This document shows positions 7,505 through 14,251 of a DNA stretch of 64,000 bases, one piece after another. A program made the position numbers and the translations under genes. The notes under the pieces are model-generated. The model saw nothing but the letters and a program-made list of their open reading frames with translations. It ran no database searches and was not told the DNA's origin. Source of the stretch: a virus; IMG/VR virus record IMGVR_UViG_3300045988_134583, positions 9,820 to 73,819 of that record; one strand, given 5' to 3'. The first letter of the stretch is position 1. Each line of letters begins with the position of its first letter.

Positions 7505-8434
7505 ATGGACATTATCGAATTGCGGGACAGCTACATTGCATCCCTGAAAGCCGACAAGGCGCAGACTACGATTGAAGGGTATGCGCGGACGATCAATTTG
7601 TTCCTTGCTTGGGCGGGAGACAAAAACGCAAAGCTCAATACCGCAACGATAATGGGCTGGCGCTCCCACCTTGCCGAGGAAGGCGACGGCGTTACGACGA
7701 TCTCCCTGTACATGCAGCACATGCGGTACTGGTGCGAGTACATCAGCGCTATACAGGATGGATTTGTTATGCCTGATTTCGGCATTTTGAACCCAGATAA
7801 GCGCAGAGTGTCCGTAGCTAAGAAAAAGCCGTACAAGCACGTTCTGGGGCCTTCCGAGGTGATTGCTATTCTCAGTGCAGACAGGCCGAGCAAATGCAGC
7901 ACGGAGACATGGCCGAGGAATAAAGCGATCCTGACGTTATTCTTGACCGGCTCCATGCGCAATGCAGAGCTATGTTCTATCCGTCCCTGCGATCTGGACT
8001 GGGAATCGCATCAAATCCTTTTGGAGAATACGAAGGGCGGTATGCCCCGATATGCCGCCTTCCCCGCCATTGCGCAAAAGGCGGTAACGGAGTATCTGGA
8101 AAGCGGATACAGACCTAAAACGTTGAAGGATACAGACCCTTTGTTTGTCTCTTATCCGCAAGGGAATCCCTTCTGCTGGGGTGCGTTTGACCGGGATGTT
8201 TTAAGCTCCCTTGTAATGCGTCTGGTGCGCCTTATAACTGGCATTGATGGCATCCGCTCCCATGCGTTGAGACACGCTTCCGCATCTTTTATGCTGACGC
8301 ACGATGTGCCGTTGGATGAGATTCAGCAGGCGTTGGGGCACAGCAATATAAACACTACAATGCGCTATGCTCAGAGGATCGTCAACAAGGGAGAAGTACG
8401 AAAGAGTGTGTTCGATGCAATAGCCGCAGTATGA
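7505..8434 (+). CDS. tyrosine recombinase (XerC/D-like phage integrase family)
   Basis: N-terminal SAM-like core-binding region. C-terminus ...IRSHALRHASASFMLTHDVPLDEIQQALGHSNINTTMRYA carries the R..H..R..Y catalytic signature. Confidence 0.85.
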   Translation: MDIIELRDSYIASLKADKAQTTIEGYARTINLFLAWAGDKNAKLNTATIMGWRSHLAEEGDGVTTISLYMQHMRYWCEYISAIQDGFVMPDFGILNPDKRRVSVAKKKPYKHVLGPSEVIAILSADRPSKCSTETWPRNKAILTLFLTGSMRNAELCSIRPCDLDWESHQILLENTKGGMPRYAAFPAIAQKAVTEYLESGYRPKTLKDTDPLFVSYPQGNPFCWGAFDRDVLSSLVMRLVRLITGIDGIRSHALRHASASFMLTHDVPLDEIQQALGHSNINTTMRYAQRIVNKGEVRKSVFDAIAAV

Positions 8435-8474
8435 ACTTACATGCTAATCCGGTGTGCGAAATTAGTGCAAAAGA

Positions 8475-8499
8475 AAAAGCCGTCCGTATGGGCGGCTTT
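8475..8499. terminator. bidirectional hairpin terminator
   Basis: AAAAGCCGTCC-gtat-GGGCGGCTTT has an A-run on one side and a T-run on the other. Lies between the convergent recombinase and abiQ-like genes. Confidence 0.55.
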
Positions 8500-8536
8500 A
8501 TTCATTACGTCCACAGTTCACAGGCCGTGGTGTGTC

Positions 8537-8610
8537 TTTCATAAATCATCCGCGCTTGAAGCGGCGGAGCGCTTTTCATAAATCATCCGTACTCAAAGTA
8601 GCGGGGCACT
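8537..8610. repeat. two tandem 37-nt repeats with an internal variable hairpin
   Basis: TTTCATAAATCATCCG occurs twice (8537, 8574). It is followed by CGCTTgAAGCG in one unit and TACTcaaAGTA in the other, then GCGG(A/G)GC(G/A)C. Confidence 0.7.
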
Positions 8611-8627
8611 TTCCATTATCATTTATT

Positions 8628-9119
8628 TCAGATTTTCGGATACTCCATGCATTTAACTTCAAGAAGGGCAAAGTCGCAGCAGCGTTGTTTTACCTTAATG
8701 TCCTGCGGGGTCAAATTCTCATCGGCTTTAAGAACTAAGGTTCTTAGATTTTTAGCCGTTTTTATTATTTCGTTTTCGTCCGCCGTGATTAACCTTTGCT
8801 GGTTTTGCAGCAGGTTTCTATAATTGATATCAGGCTCCTTCTGTATATCGAAATAAAGAAGTTCTGCGCTTGGAACGGGGATCATATTATTGAAGTTTAT
8901 CGCTCCGTATTTTCCCCCTCCTATCTTTCTAAAGTCTTTGGTGTTTTTCATTTTCAAATGCTTTTTCTTCGGTGAGGAAAGAGGTGCGTAGTATTCCAAA
9001 TTTCCGATCTGCACCACAAAGCCGATGTATGGTCTCCGCTGACCCTTGTTTTCAGGAACCTTGGAATCGTAGCCCCTAAGATAAGATACATAGGCATCTT
9101 TGATGTGGTAAAATACCAT
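8628..9119 (-). CDS. toxN: type III toxin-antitoxin toxin, AbiQ/ToxN-family endoribonuclease
   Basis: FYHIKDAYVSYLRGYDSKVP...YYAPLSSPKKKH...INFNNMIPV...LRTLVL...CCDFALLE matches remembered ToxN/AbiQ blocks (FY.I...Y..YL...D.KVP, Y.APL.SPKK.H, MIP, C.F.LLE). GGAGGGGAG RBS. Confidence 0.9.
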   Translation of the reverse strand: MVFYHIKDAYVSYLRGYDSKVPENKGQRRPYIGFVVQIGNLEYYAPLSSPKKKHLKMKNTKDFRKIGGGKYGAINFNNMIPVPSAELLYFDIQKEPDINYRNLLQNQQRLITADENEIIKTAKNLRTLVLKADENLTPQDIKVKQRCCDFALLEVKCMEYPKI

Positions 9120-9133
9120 TCTCCCCTCCGCAT

Positions 9134-9157
9134 AAAAAAAGGGGGAATAAATCCCCC
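9134..9157 (-). terminator. intrinsic terminator between antitoxin repeats and toxin gene
   Basis: On the minus strand, GGGGGA-tttat-TCCCCC is followed by TTTTTTT. This is the canonical type III TA architecture. Confidence 0.75.
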
Positions 9158-9160
9158 AAC

Positions 9161-9270
9161 TTTTTTAGTTCCCCGCTTGTTGGTGGGGGGTCACCGCTTT
9201 TTTAGTTCCTCTCTCATGGTGGAGGCTCACCGCTTTTTCCGTTCCTCGCTTATTGGTGGAGGCTCACCGC
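9161..9270 (-). ncRNA. toxI: type III antitoxin RNA repeat array (3 tandem repeats of 36-37 nt)
   Basis: Minus-strand units are GCGGTGAGCCTCCACCAATAAGCGAGGAACGGAAAAA, GCGGTGAGCCTCCACCATGAGAGAGGAACTAAAAAA and GCGGTGACCCCCCACCAACAAGCGGGGAACTAAAAAA. They sit immediately upstream of the terminator and toxin. Confidence 0.8.
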
Positions 9271-9282
9271 TTTTATGTCTCT

Positions 9283-9311
9283 ATTATATGCAGTCAGTTC
9301 AATAAAAACAA
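9283..9311 (-). promoter_or_regulatory. putative promoter of the TA locus
   Basis: Minus strand: TTGTTT, 17-nt spacer, TATAAT, about 12 nt upstream of the first repeat. Confidence 0.4.
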
Positions 9312-9353
9312 TAGGTTTTGGCAAAAAAATTTAGGAATTTTTATCCTTTTTTG

Positions 9354-9392
9354 AAAAAAGAGGGCTTCAATACCGCAATGTCTTTAGCCCTC
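9354..9392 (-). terminator. putative terminator after holin gene
   Basis: Minus strand: GAGGGCT...(21-nt loop)...AGCCCTC followed by TTTTTT. The long loop lowers confidence. Confidence 0.45.
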
Positions 9393-9415
9393 CTTTCCTC
9401 GTCCCTTATAAATTA

Positions 9416-9631
9416 TTAGAGTACGCCGCCAAAATCCTTATTGTACTGTGCCGTGGAGATGCACAGGATAGCGCCCAGAAATACGGTAGCGCCGTTGATA
9501 GTAGCTACGATTTGGTCAGCATAGGGAAAACCCCAAGTGTTGGCCAGAAGCGCATAGAAGGTTGCGACAGCGGGCAGTACAATTATTACTACCCATTTTA
9601 GCACATCATATACACGATCAGGAAGTTTCAT
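9416..9631 (-). CDS. putative holin
   Basis: 71 aa with two hydrophobic helices (WVVIIVLPAVATFYALL; ATVFLGAILCIST). Directly downstream of the endolysin. Confidence 0.6.
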   Translation of the reverse strand: MKLPDRVYDVLKWVVIIVLPAVATFYALLANTWGFPYADQIVATINGATVFLGAILCISTAQYNKDFGGVL

Positions 9632-9678
9632 TGCTTCAAATCCTTTCTTTAATTTGCTTTTTCTATGGATACACGCGA

Positions 9679-10461
9679 TCAGGCATCGATCATCTGCGTG
9701 TATTTTGGAATGTTGGAAATGTAGGCTTCTTGCCCCTTGTATAGGATTTTATACCAGCCCGTCTTTTCGTGCAAACCGAGATACGGGAACGTGTCTCCCC
9801 TGTGTGCGGTTCCCAGCCTCTTGCTGGAAGCATATCCGTCTGCACGAACGTTGACGGAACCGCCTACTACTTTTACCTTCTTCTCGCAGACAACAGGTGG
9901 AGTATCCGGGGCTTCCGGCTCTACGGGCTTTATATCCCCCGTTATTTCGTCCTTAAACACCAGAGGTATTCCCCATTTGTGCCAGTACCGTTCTTTGAAT
10001 TTAACACGCACTACGCCAGTCCTGCGGCCTTCTGCATGAATACACTCCGTATCGGAGATCATGTACCCTACATGGGATACACGACCGTTTGCATTTTCCC
10101 GGAAGAGCCAGTACCCTTTCTTCGGTGCTTCGGTTTTCGGCACCATAGCGCAGCGGGAAGCCATAGTATTGGAGTTTACATCCATCTTGTACAGCTTTTT
10201 CAGGTTATACAGCCAATATACTCCCAAGCCGGAACAGTCATAGGCATACAAAACAGTGGCTCCTGCATCGAATTTCTTCTTGCAGAACTTTTTTGCAGCC
10301 TCCGCATAGGTCATATTTGGATATCCGCCCGTGCGTTTTTCGCATTTATCTACCACCTGTTCATAGTTTTCAGGGGTAAGTTTCGTATGCTGCCCGCCCC
10401 AGAGATATGGTTGCCCAACCTGTTCTTTCAAATACTTTATAAAGTCGGTAAGGTTACTCAT
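9679..10461 (-). CDS. endolysin: NlpC/P60-type peptidase + C-terminal SH3-like domain
   Basis: PYLWGG...YAYDCSGLGVYWLY...SHVGYM fits the NlpC/P60 Cys-His pattern. C-terminus VNVRADGYASSKRLGTAHRGDTFPYLG...WYKILYKGQEAYI is SH3b-like. Start set at the ATG behind GGAGGTGG. Confidence 0.8.
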   Translation of the reverse strand: MSNLTDFIKYLKEQVGQPYLWGGQHTKLTPENYEQVVDKCEKRTGGYPNMTYAEAAKKFCKKKFDAGATVLYAYDCSGLGVYWLYNLKKLYKMDVNSNTMASRCAMVPKTEAPKKGYWLFRENANGRVSHVGYMISDTECIHAEGRRTGVVRVKFKERYWHKWGIPLVFKDEITGDIKPVEPEAPDTPPVVCEKKVKVVGGSVNVRADGYASSKRLGTAHRGDTFPYLGLHEKTGWYKILYKGQEAYISNIPKYTQMIDA

Positions 10462-10575
10462 TGCTCGTGACCACCTCCACATATATGCCTGCCAGCGCAG
10501 AAAGATCGTGGTACAATGGTGTACCGCTGTCTCTCATGCAGACGATTCTTTATCCCGTTGAGGACTTCCCGTATA

Positions 10576-10872
10576 TCATCCATCCGCAAGCGTCTCCAAT
10601 CCGGTCATTATCTGGGCAATGTTATTCTCGCATTCAGTTACCCGTGTTTCGAGATTCAGTCCGGGGTCAGGTGTTTCCGGCTTGGGAAGCGGATCGTAAA
10701 CATAGGATCCGTCCACATAGCGATTGTCGTAGATGTCCCCGGCCGGGAGGGTGTCCACCAGCACAGCGCCCTCTTTGGCGTACTGGGCATATGTGGCGGA
10801 TAAGATCCTCCCGTCCATATCAAGGTTGAGTGCGTACATCAATATATCCCCCAAATCTGGTACAGGATGCAT
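10576..10872 (-). CDS. hypothetical tail/lysis-module protein
   Basis: ORF-track ORF. The true start may be the internal Met (MYALNLDMDG...). No motif recognised. Confidence 0.45.
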   Translation of the reverse strand: MHPVPDLGDILMYALNLDMDGRILSATYAQYAKEGAVLVDTLPAGDIYDNRYVDGSYVYDPLPKPETPDPGLNLETRVTECENNIAQIMTGLETLADG

Positions 10873-11708
10873 TCCGTGTTGTCCTGCTTCCCACCCATCC
10901 TGTTGTTGCTTAAGTTGTAATCATATCCGTAAGCGTTACCGATATGCACCTTGCCCCCGGCCACTCGGTTAATAATCCTCGTCTGTAAGGTGATATGGAG
11001 ATCGTTGCTTATGGTCGTCCAGTGCGCTTCTGTCAGCACACCGCCCCGATCGGTATTGTCCAAAATAAACCCTCCGTTCGTCCCCACGCAGAGCAAAAAC
11101 GGGCAGTTCTCGTCAATATCGATATCCTGTGGGGGTAGTGTAGAGGTGGGGCTTGCGTTTGTCCAGAGCACAACAGGCTTTCCCCACGCGCCGATACCTT
11201 CACGGGCTGTTGTGGGAGTTGTCCCACCTGTGCCGCCATTTGCAACCGACCATGGCGCCCCCAGATCTTTGAGCAGTTCTGTCAGTGTTGTTACCCCCGT
11301 CCCACCATCCGACACACTCAGCGGAAAACTTGGTATCCCTAAATTCTCTCTCGCTCCGTTAGCATCCTCCGCCCCCGTACCGCCCTTATTTATCGGAACC
11401 GGTATCTCAATAGAAGTCCCTCCCTGCATAAGTGGTACGGCAATGGCGTTAGTAGCTCCGTAAGACCACTCTATCCAGCACATATCCCCGACTTTCGCTT
11501 CGGAAAGCTGACTGGAATAGGGAATCATGATCTGATTGGAGAACGCTTCCTGCACCCCTATAAGCCCCGTAGTAGCGTTCGGCGCAGTAGAAACCTTGGC
11601 CTTGCGTCTTTGCACAGCACCAGCCGTCATAGCGGATATTTTCTTCGCCACCATAGGTTCCAGTGCTTTCCATATTTTCAGAGCCTCCACGGTGCTGTTA
11701 TCAGGCAT
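10839..11708 (-). CDS. tail fiber-like protein
   Basis: Repeated GGTG(A/V/G)..A..AR.NLG / GGTGVTT / GGTGGTT motifs typical of phage fiber proteins. Located in the distal tail module. Confidence 0.55.
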   Translation of the reverse strand: MPDNSTVEALKIWKALEPMVAKKISAMTAGAVQRRKAKVSTAPNATTGLIGVQEAFSNQIMIPYSSQLSEAKVGDMCWIEWSYGATNAIAVPLMQGGTSIEIPVPINKGGTGAEDANGARENLGIPSFPLSVSDGGTGVTTLTELLKDLGAPWSVANGGTGGTTPTTAREGIGAWGKPVVLWTNASPTSTLPPQDIDIDENCPFLLCVGTNGGFILDNTDRGGVLTEAHWTTISNDLHITLQTRIINRVAGGKVHIGNAYGYDYNLSNNRMGGKQDNTECILYQIWGIY

Positions 11709-11744
11709 AAAAAGCGTTCTCCTATCTGTTGTTTTCTCTTTCCC

Positions 11745-12338
11745 TCAGAAGATGTACCCATCCTTGCTGTTAAATAATCCCATAAATCCCCCGGGCACCG
11801 AATCAAACCCGACAACCCGCACATTGCGCCAGCCCTTGAGACAGGTGTAGCAGACATACTCCGCATCGTCTATCACGCTGTGGTAGTCCGCGTCCGTGAT
11901 GTAGTCCCCGGTGTTGTGCCCGTCAATCGCCCATGTACAGGTGAGGGCTATAATCTCGTCCTTGGTGAGGATGTACGCCCGGTCGCCCACCTCCACTTTG
12001 GGGAGCGTTTTGAACTCCTGCGTCTTGTGGTCGGCTATGAGGTTGGATGTCTTGGTCAGGTAATGGTGATACCACCCTGCGCTGTCCTTGCGGTTGGCTA
12101 TGCGCTGGCCGTTGTCCCAGTTGACGTAGTACAAGCCCACATCGATACCCACGCTGGGGATAATCAGTCGGCCTTTTAACCGGGGCTTTGTGACCATTTC
12201 TCCCCGCATTTCCATGTGCCGCCACATGATTTGCATACCCTCTGTTTTGATGTTGACAGGGGGAGCCTGTGCCTGTTTGGCGTGGCAGGGCATAGAGACG
12301 AGGATGCAGAGCAGGAGGACAGCGAGGTACTTACGCAT
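11745..12338 (-). CDS. secreted protein with sortase-like motif pattern
   Basis: Signal peptide MRKYLAVLLLCILVSMPCHA. GRLIIPSVGIDVGLY ... IADHKTQEFKTLPKVEVGDRAYI ... YTCLKGWRNVRVV resembles the sortase His / TLxTC Cys / Arg layout. Confidence 0.45.
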   Translation of the reverse strand: MRKYLAVLLLCILVSMPCHAKQAQAPPVNIKTEGMQIMWRHMEMRGEMVTKPRLKGRLIIPSVGIDVGLYYVNWDNGQRIANRKDSAGWYHHYLTKTSNLIADHKTQEFKTLPKVEVGDRAYILTKDEIIALTCTWAIDGHNTGDYITDADYHSVIDDAEYVCYTCLKGWRNVRVVGFDSVPGGFMGLFNSKDGYIF

Positions 12339-12900
12339 CTGTGACCTCCGTTGCCTTGAGGGTGCCGGTGTCGTCTACCGTGATGCTGAATTTTTTGGTG
12401 GAACCGGTAGTGCTGGAATTTAGTATCACATCCGAGATGTCCGGCAGGAGGGACTTGTCCAGCTTCTTGGCCTGGTACTTCTTCGTTGTGACGGTTTTGG
12501 TTTGGGATACGGATACGCTCGACAAATTTGGGTAGGTTTGCGTAACTTGCATTCCACGACCAAAATCCGCGATAATGTACATCGCGTCAAGCGGAAGGCT
12601 TGTTAGGGCACCGTTCATGACGAAATTGATCTCGTCTCCACCTATTACAAGCCTGTAGCTTTTCGCATTGTCATACCCGGAATAACCTTCGGCTGGTGTC
12701 AAGCTGTAAGCATATGTACCTGTGCCCCCAACATCTTGCCCGTCAATGAGGTCGCCGCTGGCAATCTGCTGAGAATCCTCATAAATTACAATATGCCCGC
12801 CAACATATTTTCCGTGCGCCAATACAGCTATTGGCGGCTCCTTTAAGTCGGCCATAATAGCATCATCAGGAGCGTTTGTAATTCCAATGATTTTATCCAT
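12331..12900 (-). CDS. hypothetical tail-module protein (189 aa)
   Basis: ORF in an operon with its neighbours. No motif recognised. Confidence 0.55.
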   Translation of the reverse strand: MDKIIGITNAPDDAIMADLKEPPIAVLAHGKYVGGHIVIYEDSQQIASGDLIDGQDVGGTGTYAYSLTPAEGYSGYDNAKSYRLVIGGDEINFVMNGALTSLPLDAMYIIADFGRGMQVTQTYPNLSSVSVSQTKTVTTKKYQAKKLDKSLLPDISDVILNSSTTGSTKKFSITVDDTGTLKATEVTDA

Positions 12901-12903
12901 AGA

Positions 12904-13179
12904 TTATGCTCCGAAAAAATACATAAGATAGGCAACGTCTTTAGCTGCGGTCTGCGTAGTCTCTCCGTCAAGCGTTACATTGTAAATATCGCCTTCGACA
13001 AAACCGCCGAACGTGTCGCTTACACTTACCGTTGCTTCTCCGTCTACGATAGTGGCAGTCAATAACGTTTCTTCGCTGGTGGATATCTCTGTGCCGAGAT
13101 AAAACTTATACGCCGGGAGCATCTTAATGACCATTGCCCGCAGGCTGGTCAGGATGGCCTTGATGTGATTGGTGGTCAA
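12904..13179 (-). CDS. hypothetical protein (91 aa)
   Basis: ORF-track ORF, tightly packed in the operon. Confidence 0.5.
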   Translation of the reverse strand: MTTNHIKAILTSLRAMVIKMLPAYKFYLGTEISTSEETLLTATIVDGEATVSVSDTFGGFVEGDIYNVTLDGETTQTAAKDVAYLMYFFGA

Positions 13180-13181
13180 GG

Positions 13182-13442
13182 TTAGTTACCTCCGGATGTG
13201 TTGCCGATACTGAGACTTGCAAAGCTGCCGTTGTTGTCGGAAAAGATTTGGATGCCGACAACTCCCTCTGCCGTGCCAAATACTTTGCAGCTGGTTACTG
13301 TGCTTTGCGTTGTCCCCGCAGTGCTTACGTCTCCAAAACTCAAGACCACTTTCCCCGACATAAACGCATCGTAAATCTGCTGGGGGGTAGCTTCCGTGGT
13401 TTTTGCTGCGTCTGTATAAATTTTGTTGCCGCCTGCTGGCAT
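13182..13442 (-). CDS. hypothetical protein (86 aa)
   Basis: AAGGAGGG RBS 7 nt upstream of the ATG. Confidence 0.5.
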   Translation of the reverse strand: MPAGGNKIYTDAAKTTEATPQQIYDAFMSGKVVLSFGDVSTAGTTQSTVTSCKVFGTAEGVVGIQIFSDNNGSFASLSIGNTSGGN

Positions 13443-13455
13443 AATTTATCCCTCC

Positions 13456-13614
13456 TTAACCAACGTAAAAGGTCGTCACACTTCCCCCGCCGAACTTGGC
13501 GTTTCCCTTGCTGATTCTCTTGGCCACTCCGTCCACGATAACAAGGATATCCGCATCTTCGGGGATTTCCGTTATTTCTTCCAAATCTGCCACGTCTCTA
13601 AACTCAATCGCCAT
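13456..13614 (-). CDS. small hypothetical protein (52 aa)
   Basis: Fills an otherwise empty 184-nt gap. My translation: MAIEFRDVADLEEITEIPEDADILVIVDGVAKRISKGNAKFGGGSVTTFYVG. AAAGGAA RBS. Confidence 0.4.
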   Translation of the reverse strand: MAIEFRDVADLEEITEIPEDADILVIVDGVAKRISKGNAKFGGGSVTTFYVG

Positions 13615-13626
13615 ATCAATTTCCTT

Positions 13627-14241
13627 TCACATCAAAATTATTTTGTCCTTGGCGCACAGGATTGCCCCTGCGCTGGTTACTGCCGGGAGGGTGTCCGTGT
13701 CTATCAGGCATTGGAGGAGGGTGTCGTCGTCCATCCGGATATTATTCCGGGCGACTTCCCGTTCTTCGGATGTCAAGTCCTGTTCCTGGTTATAGAGGAC
13801 TGCGCCATCCAACGTAGCGGCCTTTCCCGCTCTTCGTTTAAGTGGCACTGATACGTCGTTCTGCTGCGCTATAAATATCCGTGCGGTTACTTCCCCATCT
13901 GCGTCGGAAGCTCCGGGGAGAACACTCCGAGAGCGGGAGAACATGATAGCCCCCGGTTCGCTTTCCCCGCCGACAACAGATCCGTCCTGAAATACCGCTC
14001 TGGCCTGCACGTTGATGTACCCCTTTCTAAGGGCAAACGTGTTCTTCTGCGTAAGTGGTATCTTAAATTTCAGTGTGGCATCGTCAAACGTAGCCGTCTC
14101 AGGCCACGTTTTTCTGATATCCCCTACCATAAATTCAACGCTGGTAACATTGTTGGGCGTTATGGCTTGCCCGTCCAGCGATAGCAGGGTGATGTTAAGC
14201 GGGTATTCGTCTCCTTGCATCATCTTGAAAAATCTGGGCAT
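13627..14241 (-). CDS. hypothetical tail-module protein (204 aa)
   Basis: ORF directly downstream of the large tail protein. Confidence 0.55.
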   Translation of the reverse strand: MPRFFKMMQGDEYPLNITLLSLDGQAITPNNVTSVEFMVGDIRKTWPETATFDDATLKFKIPLTQKNTFALRKGYINVQARAVFQDGSVVGGESEPGAIMFSRSRSVLPGASDADGEVTARIFIAQQNDVSVPLKRRAGKAATLDGAVLYNQEQDLTSEEREVARNNIRMDDDTLLQCLIDTDTLPAVTSAGAILCAKDKIILM

Positions 14242-14251
14242 GTATTCTCCT

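Noticed and set aside
9161-9270. Possible small CRISPR array (three ~36-nt repeats).
   Set aside because: The repeats are contiguous with no spacers. They sit between a promoter and a terminator directly upstream of an AbiQ/ToxN-like gene, and no cas genes are present. This is type III antitoxin architecture, not CRISPR.
9105-9305. 66-aa plus-strand ORF (MVKYHSPLRIKKGG...).
   Set aside because: Its periodic peptide (GGHRFF / EAHRFF) is just the translation of the antitoxin repeats on the wrong strand. It has no RBS and overlaps the toxin start.
10462-10575. 27-aa ORF (MRDSGTPLYHDLSALAGIYVEVVTSNE) in the gap upstream of the endolysin, as a second holin or spanin.
   Set aside because: It has no hydrophobic segment and no RBS, and it overlaps the endolysin RBS and start. 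It is probably non-coding leader.
11745-14241. LPXTG-type sorting signals in neighbouring proteins, as substrates for the sortase-like gene.
   Set aside because: Scanning the translated tail-module proteins by eye found LPxxx strings (LPDISD, LPEDQA, LPDGTT, LPSTYQ) but no LPXTG followed by a hydrophobic segment and a basic tail. No substrate is claimed.
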